DNA of 64,000 nucleotides from Tubulanus polymorphus (Eukaryota; Animalia; Nemertea): NCBI RefSeq assembly GCF_964204645.1, contig NC_134030.1, positions 22,980,210 to 23,044,209 of the forward strand, read 5' to 3'. Shown piece by piece: positions 52,265 to 64,000 of this stretch (position 1 is its first letter; each line of letters starts with the position of its first letter). The notes under the pieces were generated by a model. It saw only the letters and a program-made list of their open reading frames with translations, ran no database searches and was not told where the DNA came from. The position numbers and the translations under genes were made by a program.

Positions 52265-53362
52265 TCGGGGATTTCCCAGACCTGTGAGGCCCGCGCGGAT
52301 CTATATTAGTAACTGTGCTGCTGAAACGTCGAGTCGAATATACAGTATCGTATATACACCTGTGCAAACATTAGACTTTACTACCAATCAATTATTCAGA
52401 TATATTATATCTGTAATAAAAACCTATGAATATTTTCATATCCAGTTCATTTTAATTGAATTCCGTGATATTTTTATTTCGCTAACGATTTTTCACGTTT
52501 TATTGACGTCGCGGCCTTTGATTGGATAATCGTGGTCAATCGGGTTCGAATCCCGTATTAATCAGCGAATACCCCGGAGCGCTCCACCCCACTGTAAATA
52601 CCCAGGAGTGCTCCTAATCGTTTTTAATAAACGCTACAAGCTCACTGAATGGGTGTTTTTTCTATCCACCCCAGTCACTCTGAACCGGAAACAGGAACTT
52701 CCGAGAACTGACAAAAATGATCCGACTATAGCACCAGGCAACGTCGGGGAAATATCACAAAGTTATGATAACACGGGACCACGGCGCCGCGGCCGAGCAG
52801 CTGAGAGCTGGAATTTAAATAAGCTAAATTGGAGTTCCTTTTCAAAACCGCATCCCGTTACTATCCCGAAGAGCGAGAATGCTCTGTCTCGCCATCGGCT
52901 ACTGATGACGCGACTTTCTGTGGGCCGCTGCGGGAACATTTCAATCTGATCAAGTTATCGAAATCCACGCGGCCCTGCGCGGTAATCAAATATTGTGAAA
53001 TTATCCCCGAATAATCAGCGGTTTTATGTGATAATTTTACAAAATCCTACCTGCCATCACGCGAAGCTGTACCTTTTCCGGTGACACACACCGATATTTA
53101 GAATTGGAAATTCGACATTAAATAATTATGTTCAAAAGATTTAAATTTCTAAAAGTTAGAAACCCTCAGGACAACTCGATTGTTACTGTGGGTTTAATGC
53201 TGTTTTCAGATTTTTCGAAATGTAAATGTCGGCGCTATACCATTAACATAATCAAAGTATAAATATTTATGTTATTCGTCAACAGTTTATCAACTTTGGA
53301 AATAAAGCTAAATTTAGATCGAAAATATGCGGATGGCTGATTGAACGCGGGCCAAAATTGTG

Positions 53363-53634
53363 CCTCTCTCTCCCTCTCTCTCCCTCCCTCCCTCCCTCTC
53401 TCCCTCTCCCTCCCTCTCCCTCCCTCTCTCCCTCTCTCCCCCTCTCCCCTCCCTCCCTCCCTCCCTCCCTCCCCCTCCCTCTCCCTCCCTCCCTCCCTCC
53501 CTCCCCCTCCCTCTCCCTCCCTCTCTCCCTCCCTCCCTCCCTCCCTCCCTCTCTCCCTCCCTCCCTCCCTCCCTCCCTCCCTTCCTCCCTCCCTCCCTCC
53601 CTCCCTCCCTCCCTCCCTCCCTCCCTCTCTCTCT
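53363..53634. repeat. (CCCT)n / pyrimidine tract
   Basis: Simple repeat. Confidence 0.95.
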
Positions 53635-53946
53635 GACAGCTAGTCTCTCTGTTCGGCGAAATCAAGCAAAATACGCAATTGTATCTATCATACAATTGGG
53701 TCAGATCTACCGTGGAACTAGTCATAGATGTGTCGCGGCACAGTGTCTGTCAGTACTGTCAGCTGTAGTGCGGCGGCACGCGTACGTTACGTGCGACTAG
53801 TCACTTTATTGTGTTATACACTAAAATATAAATTCGACGAATAAATGAACAGTTTAAACTTCCTTGTTCATCGGTGAAATGTTACGGTGTCACTCGACGA
53901 CACAAGCTGCGGCGTACAGAGTCGACAGCAGCCGATATCCAGTGTA

Positions 53947-56900
53947 ATGATTAAACAGCAGCAGGTGAGTGTCTGTCCAAGTCTGTCTATTACTGTCTAA
54001 TTACTGTTATGATTATATTTCATCATTTCACCGCCGTGTATTCACAAAGGGACAACCAGAACTGAACCTACTCTAATCACGAACCCCGCCCCCAGAACTG
54101 AACCTACTCTGCTCGCGAACCCCGACCCCAGAACTGAACCTACTCTCCTCGCGAACCCCGCCCCAGAACTGAACCTACTTTCCTCGCGAACCCCCCGGCC
54201 TCCTATTCAATCACCAGTCTCACAATTACTAGAAATAATCTCTATTTCTCTTCTCTTCACAGGCGAGATGTGTGTCATTATTACGTCATCGAGTTTTCTT
54301 CTGTTTTCTGTTGGTTTTTTTATTCACAGGTAAAATATATGAAATACAATCTTCTGATACTCTGATACTGATGGGGAGGGAGAGGGGAGAGTTAGACATG
54401 GAAGGGAGAGGGGAGGGGAGAGAGGAGGTGAGGGAGGAGGTTAGGGAGAGGGGAGGGGAGAGAGGAGGTGAGAGAGGAGGTTAGGGAGAGGGGAGGGGAG
54501 AGAGGAGGTGAGAGAGGAGGTTAGGGAGAGGGGAGGGTAGAGAGGAGGTGAGGGAGAGTGGAGGGAGACAGGAGGGGAGGGATAGGGGAGAGAGAGGGGA
54601 GAGTTAGACATGGGAGGGAGAGGGGCGGCAGAGATGAGGTTAGGGAGAGGGGAGCTGAGAGAGGAGGGGAGGGAGAGGGGAGGGATAGATATGGGAGGGA
54701 GAGTGGAGCGAGAGTGGAGGGAGCCAGGAGGGGAGGGATAGGGGAGAGTTAGACATAGGAGGGAGAGGGAGGGAGAGGGAGAGAGAGATAAGGGCGGCCT
54801 GGTTTAAGTTGCTTTGACAATAAATGACTCTAATATTGGGATTTGTTAGACTCTAACTAAACCCACAACTACTGGAACTTGTTCCTGTCTTTGAGCCGCC
54901 AGATCTCGATCGAATTGATCGATTACATTCAATATTTACAGTGTATGTATTTTATATAGGCGTAAAATTGTATGAATTTCAACCAGGAAACTTCAATATT
55001 TCCCGTTCGATAAAACTCAAATAAAAACAACCCGTATCCTGATAAACAGCAGCGAGGTCACAGTAACCTAATTTTAGATTAAAAGGTTGTCAAAATTCCA
55101 CAAACACAAAGATCATTTTACTTTCCTTTAATGATTTCTCCAAATTGATAAAAATTAACTGAAACGATGGATCGAGAGCTCCAGCCATCGATAGAAACTT
55201 CGAATCAATAAAGTTCATCATTTTTCGACTTATTTCTTTCTCGTTCTAACGACAGGCCGCCGTCACGTGATCTGCCTCGATCGCCGCCATTTCGTTACCT
55301 TGATGACGTCACCGAGCGCTGTAACGGCCGGAAGTGACGTCACCTTCACTTGCGAGCACGTCGGTTTCGACCGTCGTGACGTCAGCGGTCTGCGAGTACC
55401 GTATTATATCCGCTGGTATCATTGGGACACCAGTCACATGACCACATCGATGATCGATCCCGGGTCGGGCAGGTGCGCGTTACCTGATTGGCAGAACACG
55501 ATGAAATATAGTGTGTTCTGCGACACAGCGACCAAACAGGGAAATTTACAAGCGAATTTAACGGTGAAAGTTGAAGATAAAGATGGCGGAATTTGGGGAT
55601 GTGATATGTTTGCACAGAATGGTTTAGTTACAGCGAGCGGCGAGACGAAACTATTAGGTAAATTATAGCATCATTTACTGCCTATAAATGATTGTGTAGG
55701 ATTTACTGATTTATTCAAGGATTCTCTAAAATCTTATTCTCTCAATCAAAGATTTACTACTAATTCTAAAACATAATTCTAGAAACAATTTGAGTGCGTT
55801 TCTAATATTTCTACTTGATCTCAAAATGTTTGGATGATAAAATGTAGATTATTATTCTCACAGCAGTGGCCAGCTTGTCTTACAGTCGTCCATGATTTAA
55901 AATAATAATTATTTGTTTAATTTTGCTCAATCGACTAGAAATAAGACAACTTTAGCTTCAAATTCTAAGGAGCGTCGCGTTTTTTAATAATCGATTTTAA
56001 GTAAATTTTTCTAGAAAACTGTTTTTTATATTTAGTTTGTTTGAAATATCACCATTTCGTTACATTTTGCTTCGTATTTCGCTCTGTACTTTAGCGGGAC
56101 CCTAAATCACGATGTTGATACGGCTTTCTGTAAAATATAAACCAACCGAACGTAGAGAAAAACATGAAAAAATATCTTAACCTCTCCAACAAACACGTCA
56201 TTTTAATGGACGACACCGTCCCTGGTATGCGACTAAACCAATAAATGTGAAAAGGAAGTTCCACGAGTCTCACGTATCAGATATGAATAATATCAGCTGA
56301 TATAGTCAATCCGATATTAAGCTGTAAACATTATTCTCTCACAGTAGAGGCCAGCTTGTCTTACAGACGTCTTTTCATAAACGAGTGTTTTTAACTCCTT
56401 ACGTGCTAACTTTCTTAATTTCAGATCGTGCTAACTTAATTCTTTTTTAAAGAATTTTCAAAAAATGACGGGTTTTCATACTTCTGGAGGGTCTGATACC
56501 CTTCCCTAAACTCAAATAGGATGATTCCGATGGTTTCTGATGATCTAGTAATTCTAATGCGTCCACAATTTAGAATAATGTTGTTTAATTTTCCAATCTC
56601 AATCGACTAGAAATAAGAGAACATTAGTTTCAAATTCTAAGGAGAGCGTCGCGTTTTCTAATAATCGATTTTTATGGACTTTTTCTGGAAAACTGTTTTT
56701 TATATTTAGTTGTGAAACCACCGCGAATGAAGTCCAGATATCTGACGTCACGGCTCCACAATACCCTCGTTATCCCGGAGACGAAAAAAACCATAGAAAT
56801 CTCGTGTGAACCGGATGTGAGATTGATGAACCAATCAACTGTGTTTCTGATGAAGCGAGGTAAAGGGGCGGATGTATGGAAGCCGGTGAATGAGATCCAC

Positions 56901-59089
56901 GGATCACCAGGGCGGTTTCTATATCACCCGACTGCACGGGACACACTACACTGCGCCGTCACGACAAAAGAGGGCGCTCGCATACTCGGCGATGACGTCA
57001 TCGCTGACGTAACGTGTAAGAGACGATTATTCTTCAAAATATGTAAATTATCTCAGTTAAAACTAATTATTGATCACAGAGTGTGATTGATTTTGTAGCT
57101 ATGGTTATTACTCCCGGAGTAAATTCCAGTTTACACTGCGAGGTACGATCTACCCTCAATGACGTCATCACGAACCTCACGTGGTACGCGAACGATAAAC
57201 CAATCAGCGAATTGCGACAAGCGAAGAAACGTGTATCAGCCAATCAGAGGACGGCATTGATAGATTACTCGCAGCTGGTGGACGTGGCTGAAGGAAAGGG
57301 GGTTAGGTTTAAATGTCAGGCCGCACATTCACATTCGAAACGCGTCATCGAAGAAGAGATACACATTACTAGACGGAGCGAAGGTAGAGAGACAGAGAGA
57401 TGAGTTTAAACGCAATCTGCCAGATCATTTAATGTTTGGGGCCCAAACATAGCGTGGATACTAAATTTCTTTGTGTGGTGAATTACCGCTCTGTTTATAC
57501 CCCTGGGGGTGGTATTAACTTAAACCCGGGAGATTTACTCAATTAATATTCAGTTGAAATTAGGTTACAATTCCCAATCGTTATTAAAACATAAGGCGGA
57601 CGTTGCGTCCGATTTATTGTCTCCACGTTTTTGTGGAACTCTTCGGAAAATTGATCTGAACTAATTTAAACACAGTCTGATTTTTGTAACCATGATGCAG
57701 TTTTTACTATGAACAATTTTTCATACAAATTTAAAGATTTTTATCATCATTACTTAGGTTGAAATATAAAACCAGTAACTGAATGATTGACATAATCAGA
57801 ATATGTTTATTTACAGACGTTCACCCAGTGATAGCTGATGCAGCGGGGAATGAATTAATGAATAATGAGGTGAAATTGAATGAAGGAGAATCAACAACTT
57901 ACACGTGTAAACACGCTACAGGGGAAATACAATGGGAAAATCTATTAGAAAATCATGATAAGTGGAAACATTATTCATACGGGAAACGATTAATAATCCG
58001 TGGCGATATGACACTCAACAACTCACAGTTCAGATGCGTCTCTCGTACGAATTCCAAGAAATCGAAAGAAAATTTAAGAGTAACAGTTATTCCCAAACCT
58101 AAAACTACACCGGGTGACCCTACTGGTAAGTGTAAAAAGCGGGAGACCAGTTTATAGATCCCCCTATGACGTCATTAACACAATCAAGCATGTTTAAGTG
58201 TATAATTTTTCTAGGTGCGGCTGGGAGCTGGAGTCGAGTAAACGACACGACAGTTCATATGATATACAATTACGATGTGAAAAAAACTGTCACGTGTAAA
58301 TGTGGTAACGATGACGCAATACATGCTATTAGACTAACCGGAAACACGTGGTCTGTTCAGATCCCCGATGATAAAACCTGCACGTATGAATGCACTGGTG
58401 ACTTTAATATAGACATCGAAAACAAAGGTTTGTACATGATTATTATTTTGAATATATAGTTCTCGAATGGCCGCTAGGAGTGCTGATTTGTTTATGTTTT
58501 CAGATGATACTGGTCGATATTTCAAAAACTGGCGAGTTGAAGGTCGAGTGGTGAAATGGACCGCGCAACAACCTGGAATCGTGTTCACTGTTGCCCATCG
58601 TTGTAAAGCTAACAATGGATTCATCAGCGACGGAAATGTCACGAGCGAAGCTGTTAACGAACAAATGAGTTTAAATTTGACGTTTCCGACAAATATGGCG
58701 GGAGAAGTGGCAGTTATTTTGAAATTCACGTGGAAACATGGCGCAGAAACCCGCAGCATGGAAAGAGAATTTACCTTTAAAATCGGTAAAGATGGCAGCA
58801 CTGTCGTGGAAAATAGCGATACCGGTACGTAAGAATAAGGGGCACTATTTTAATTACTATAATGTATTAAAACGTCGTAATTATTTAAATTTGAATCCAT
58901 TTAGGAATCTTGACGTATTAGAAAATTTGGCCTAATTAATCCAAACAGGGTCTATAAATATCCCTCCCATAGATATTGTGAATAGTAACCTTTTTTAGGT
59001 TGAAAATGGTTTCAGTTTCTTTATACTGTTTTTTCCTCCATTATATACCTGCTGCTGGTCGTTACGTGTGTTTATGTGTTACAGATAAA

Positions 59090-59157
<68 letters not shown>

Positions 59158-59173
59158 GGCTGCGGCTGCGGCT

Positions 59174-59205
<32 letters not shown>

Positions 59206-59969
59206 TGCTGCTGCTGCTGCTGCTGGTTCTGGTGTAATGTTATATGTTTCTATGTTACAGGTGCTGATTCTGCTGCTGCTAGTTCTGGTGTAATGTTTTA
59301 TGTTTATATCGGAGTCGGTATTCTAGTGATTATTATTTGTTCTACGGTCGTCTTTATTTGCGTCAGAAACAAACGTAAGTTTTCAACTCGAAAACTCCCA
59401 TAATACATTCCGGGTTTGAGGGTGTTGCTATGATACCGGGATTTGAATTCTGTCCAACAATATCACGGTACCATAGCAACGGCAACCCGAACCAGAATTT
59501 CTCTCAGTTTCTCTGTTGAAATGTATTTTTTCTGCCTGATTTTCAACAGTCAAACGGTCGGGTAAACCTGCTCAACCAGGAGTGGGTTACTCCGCTGTAC
59601 CGGCGGCGGGTAACTCCGGCGATGTTGATGTTATATACAGCAATGAAACTGGTGAAATCGAAGATATTTACATTAATAGTCGATTTGAATCAACCAATCA
59701 GCGTCAACTTAGAACGGTAAAATAACTGTCATTCATGATTTGAATAAGAGCTGCAGTGCTGCCCCCTAGCAATTCTGATGATTCCGTTGTTTTGATTACA
59801 GGAAGTAGATATAGATGGCGCTATATACGCAGATTTCGCGAGTGTTTCGGGTGCAGTGTCCGGTGTCACACGTGGTCGTCCTGTGAATGTTGTAGGAGGT
59901 GATGATGAGCCGTCTGTTTACGGGGAAGTAGATTTCAGTCGTGGACCTGCCGTTATTATGAAAAAATAA
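53947..59969 (+). CDS. Type I membrane Ig-superfamily receptor with cytoplasmic ITIM-like motifs; exons approx. 53947-53964, 54263-54329, 55256-55657, 56710-57015, 57099-57383, 57817-58125, 58215-58427, 58504-58822, 59261-59374, 59550-59716, 59802-59969
   Basis: Signal peptide; phase-1 one-domain exons with Ig patterns (VTFTC..W..D.G.W.C; LHCEV..LTWY..FKCQA; TTYTC..QW..QFRC); TM YIGVGILVIIICSTVVFICV; tail VGYSAV, AIYADF, SVYGEV. Confidence 0.85.
54056..54197. repeat. ~36-bp minisatellite (CCAGAACTGAACCTACTCT...), 4 copies
   Basis: Intronic tandem. Confidence 0.82.
59091..59226. repeat. (GCT)n(GCG)n trinucleotide expansion
   Basis: ~45 Ala-type codons following an acceptor-like GTTACAG. Confidence 0.92.
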
Positions 59970-61507
59970 CAATCGTTACTGCTCGGGGGCCGTTTCCACG
60001 GTTCTCCGCGCCCCTCAGGGAGGGAGGGGGAGGGGGCGCAGTTTTATATCGAGCAGATGAGACAAAGCGTCTCGAGGTTTATATTAATCACAAGTATTAA
60101 TTCAGCTGTTTATATTTTGTGTTTATCAATTCAAGGATTTTATATTTTAGAAAAGAAAAACAATTTTTTTTATCACGAAAAAAATCTTGTTAGTTTTTCC
60201 TCTCAATCCGGGCGTCGAGAGTGATATGATATGTGATATATGATATATGTGCAGAGCGCGGATGTGTATTCAATTAGCAGCCAATTTACGCGGTGCGTCG
60301 CGCGGATGAATACATCAGTCGCTAGTTTCCGGGTACTGATTTCTGCGCGGTAGTAGATAAGAGATGCACAAATCCCTGAGCGCGACGAGAATCATCGTCC
60401 TCAATAACTGATCATTGTCACTGAGTTTATGATTAATAACTGCTGCTCCTGCTCCTGCTGCTGCTCGCGGTTGATCGCTCAATCGCTTCACACGATGGAA
60501 CCACATTCCAGTCACCTTTATGATTGTTACTAAGCGATCTATCTGTTCCGTCACCGCCGCCGCCGCCGCCGCCGCCACGGCTAAACGGATCATAAATACA
60601 AATTGAATAAATACCCGCTGCAAATTGTAGATTATTAACCGAACCGCCTCAGTGTGATGATATATTCACTCGCTAAATGACAACTTAAAACGTTTGCGGA
60701 GATAATGATAGCACGTAACGCTTGAGATGCAGCGTTACGGCAGCGTTAACTCACCGCTGGGAACGTGATAAACGTCAAACTAACAACGCCTTAACACAAA
60801 ACTAATTAACGACGTCGCTTGCGTTCACGCGTTTATTAAACGGTTTTATGCGGTAAATAAAGTGGTCGACGGTCTCCGATTTGTTGCCTAGGTGAGGAAT
60901 TATAGTGTGATCTATTGATACTAGACGGCGCCACGTGGTGCCCGATCTCAACCGTCAATTATTGAGACTATACAAATACATCAGTTCATTTTCAAAAGTT
61001 TAACTTCTAACAATGAACTTTGGAACTTAAGTCATTATTTTTAAGACTGGTCTTAGACTTAAGTGACTTTTTAAGCTGAATCTTTAAACTAAGATAAAGC
61101 GAAATTAGATGATTATTGAGTCATTTGGAGTCAATTAAACCCATGTACACGTGGTATCAGTGGTAGTCAATAACCGGACGCGTGGATGCTGAGACGCTGC
61201 TGCTGGCTGTGATCGTTGTCCCGGGTTTCTGAATGTCGCGTCGTTATTGCAGATATTTCAGCGACCCCAACCGCGCACACTTAATACCGAACAGCGGGTT
61301 CATGGAAACTACCATAATCGGAATTTGCGATCATAATAAAGACAATTTACTAAAGCACATTCCAGAAACCGGGTGCAATATTCAGTGCGACCTAGAATTA
61401 TTCAAAAATGCAACAGAACGCGATTATTTCTGATAAAATTATGATAATATTAGATTTCTTTATATCATACACGGTTTTTTTTACACATTTCATACAACGT
61501 TCAATAA

Positions 61508-62037
61508 AACCAGGTCTAACCAGCTCAAATCAGCTCTAACCAGCTCAAACCAGCTCAAACCAGCTCAAACCAGCTCTAACCAGCTCAAATCAGCTCAAAT
61601 CAGCTCAAACCAGCTCAAACCAGGTCTAACCAGCTCAAATCAGCTCAAACCAGCTCAAACCAGCTCAAACCAGCTCAAACCAGGTCAAACCAGCTCAAAC
61701 CAGCTCAAACCAGCTCAAACCAGGTCTAACCAGCTCAAATCAGCTCAAACCAGCTCAAACCAGGTCAAACCAGCTCAAATCAGCTCAAACCAGCTCAAAT
61801 CAGCTCAAATCAGCTCAAACCAGCTCAAATCACCTCAAATCAGCTCAAACCAGCTCAAACCAGGTCTAACCAGCTCAAATCAGCTCAAACCAGCTCAAAC
61901 CAGGTCAAACCAGCTCAAACCAGCTCAAACCAGCTCAAACCAGGTCTAACCAGCTCAAATCAGCTCAAACCAGCTCAAACCAGGTCAAACCAGCTCAAAT
62001 CAGCTCAAACCAGCTCAAATCAGCTCAAACCAGCTCT
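61508..62037. repeat. 10-bp minisatellite (CAGCTCAAAC/T), ~52 copies
   Basis: Direct tandem copies. Confidence 0.95.
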
Positions 62038-62647
62038 AAAAAAACATCTCAAACCGGTGACTTTATCACGTCATGACAGATTAGATTTTCCTTAATTTCC
62101 TAGTTACGTGTCGTCTGATCAAAATCTCATTTTACGCAACAGATTAAATTTGACGATTTGTTCAAAATGGCCGATAAGAAAATAAATAATATACTGCCAT
62201 TTTTCGACATATCATTTTCTACAGATGTTTATAAACACAGTTAATAGCAGAGCATGCGCGCTGAGAACAAAATGGCGGAAACTCTCTTGTGAAAAAAGAA
62301 ATTGCGAGTCTTTAAATCGTGGTGATTTGAATTTGATACCGTGTTAAATCAAAAAATCAGACCAAATCAGATTTGATTGTGCCTGCCAAACTGAGTGAAC
62401 TGTGTAGTTGAGATCAGTCGTGTTGTTGCTGGAACCGGTTGTAACCGGACTGAGTGAACTGTAATCTTACTCAGTCATGTTGCTTGAACCGGTTGTAACC
62501 GGACTGGAACCGGTTGTACCGGACTGAAACCGGTTGTAACCGGACTGAGTGAACTGTAGTTTTAGATCAGTCGTGTTGCTGGAACCGGTTGTAACCGGAC
62601 TGGAACCGGCTGTAACCGGACTGAGTGAACTGTGTAGTTATAGATCA

Positions 62648-62952
62648 TCAGTCGTGTTGTTGATTATTAGCACTATGATTGTACAACCCCTGCGCCATTA
62701 AATGTATCGCCAGTGGATTCCGAATTCCTGAGGTCTTTTTCAATTTCGCGCGTTTATTTTGAAACCAGATTTTTATCTGCGATTCGTTCAGTTGTAATTC
62801 CTGCGCCAAGTCCTGACGTCTCTGTTCCGTCAAATAGCGATTCTCTTCGAATTCTTTCTTGAGTCGTTGCAGTTGATCGTTTGTGAACGCCGTACGGGGG
62901 CGCTTCTCGTCTGGCTTCCGGTCACGTTTCTTCACCTTCCGCGACCTTGGAC
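62648..62952 (-). CDS. en: engrailed homeobox protein, terminal exon (EH3, homeodomain, EH5); upstream exon not found in window
   Basis: [80 protein letters not shown]; acceptor TTTCTCAG at 62953. Confidence 0.97.
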
Positions 62953-63014
62953 CTGAGAAATAAGACATTTGTAAAATTCTAATATTGAAAACATGTTGAA
63001 CAGAGATTACCGTT

Positions 63015-63608
63015 TCCCCCCTCCCCCTCTACTGACACTTCGCCCCCTCTCTTTTCTCCATCCCCCTCTCTCCTCTCCCCTCCCTTTATCCTATTCTCTC
63101 TCTCCCTCTCCGTCTCCGTCCCCTCTCCCCCGTCTCCCTCTCCCTCTCCCTCTCCCTCTCCCTCTCCCTCTCCCTCTCCCTCTCCCTCTCCCTCTCCCTC
63201 TCCCTCTCCCTCTCCTCTCCCTCTCCCTCTCCTCTCCTTCTCCCTCTCCCTCTCCATCTCCCTCTCCTTCTCCCTCTCCGTCTCCCTCCGTCTCCGTCCC
63301 CTCTCCCTCACTCTCTCTCCCTCACTCTCCTCTCTCCCTCTCCCTCTCCCTCTCCCTCTCCCTCTCCCTCTCCCTCTCCCTCTTCCTCTCCCTCTCCCTC
63401 TCCCTCTCCCTCTCCCTCTCCCTCTCCCTCTCCCTCTCCCTCTCCCTCTCCCTCTCCCTCTCCCTCTCCCTCTCCCTCTCCCTCTCCCTCTCCCTCTCCC
63501 TCTCCCTCTCCCTCTCCCTCTCCCTCTCCCTCTTCCTCTCCCTCTCCCTCTCCCTCTCCCTCTCCCCCTCTCCCTCTCCCTCTCCCTCTCCCTCTCCCTC
63601 TCCCTCTC
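63015..63608. repeat. (CCCTCT)n microsatellite in the engrailed intron
   Basis: Simple repeat. Confidence 0.96.
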
Positions 63609-63850
63609 ACTTTAATTCTCTATGTTCTCTGAGGTACATTTTTACGGTAAGATAAAAGTCACTAATGCGTGTAAAATGTCAGAACAAATAGAGCTACAAC
63701 ACATATACACATATACACACACACCTGCCAGGGTAAGTTTCTACAAGTGAAATATAGAAGTGTTTGTTTTCACGGATGGCTTCATTTTCACTAATTTGAG
63801 TAATTGGAGAATGTTAAACATTTCAGCAGCGGCGCAGACTGCAGACTAAA

Positions 63851-64000
63851 CGGTCCGGGCCCACTGCCGCCAGTTCTATAGCAGGGTCCGGGCCCGCTGC
63901 CGCCAGTTCTATAGCAGGGTCCGGGCCTGCTGCCGCCAGTTCTATAGCAGGGTCCGGGCCTGCTGCCGCCGGTTCTATAGCAGGGTCCGGGCCCACTGCC
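63851..64000. repeat. 33-bp minisatellite (GGGTCCGGGCCTGCTGCCGCCAGTTCTATAGCA), runs off the window
   Basis: Direct tandem copies. Confidence 0.9.

Noticed and set aside
55850-56709. Extra Ig exon after the duplicated intron segment near 56035
   Set aside because: The duplicated acceptor region (55850-56040 versus 56330-56709) is not followed by an open Ig-like frame.

Overview
This is eukaryotic DNA from a compact, intron-rich animal genome, probably a marine invertebrate (taxon not determinable). Exon-by-exon reading with consistent splice phases supports six host genes: a Na/Pi cotransporter SLC34 (-, 13428-26810, 9 exons), GCNA/ACRC SprT protease (-, 27607-35047, 5'UTR exon near 40512), a truncated polycystin-1-like PLAT protein (+, 40819-47845), SLC35B1 (-, 49062-52264), an ITIM-bearing Ig-superfamily receptor (+, 53947-59969) and the homeobox exon of engrailed (-). 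Four items stand out. (1) A 69-bp tandem array (5380-6733) in which every unit is a minimal hammerhead ribozyme motif (19 motifs). (2) A 4.87-kb Merlin/IS1595-type DNA transposon (21830-26696, 8-bp TSD AGCAGAGC) in SLC34 intron 1, carrying a frameshifted transposase and a divergent, intact, spliced DUF3987/YfjI-like AAA+ ATPase cargo gene. (3) A same-strand nested gene in SLC34 intron 7 encoding a secreted dermatopontin/haemagglutinin domain fused to an aerolysin-like beta-pore-forming domain, broken by a 4-bp duplication. (4) A 4.75-kb non-autonomous TIR element in GCNA intron 1 whose interior is a 190-bp satellite built around the element's own terminal motif. Many MITEs, two tRNA-derived SINE heads and mini/microsatellites are also present. 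All calls come from manual reading; no database searches were run, so novelty is unverified.
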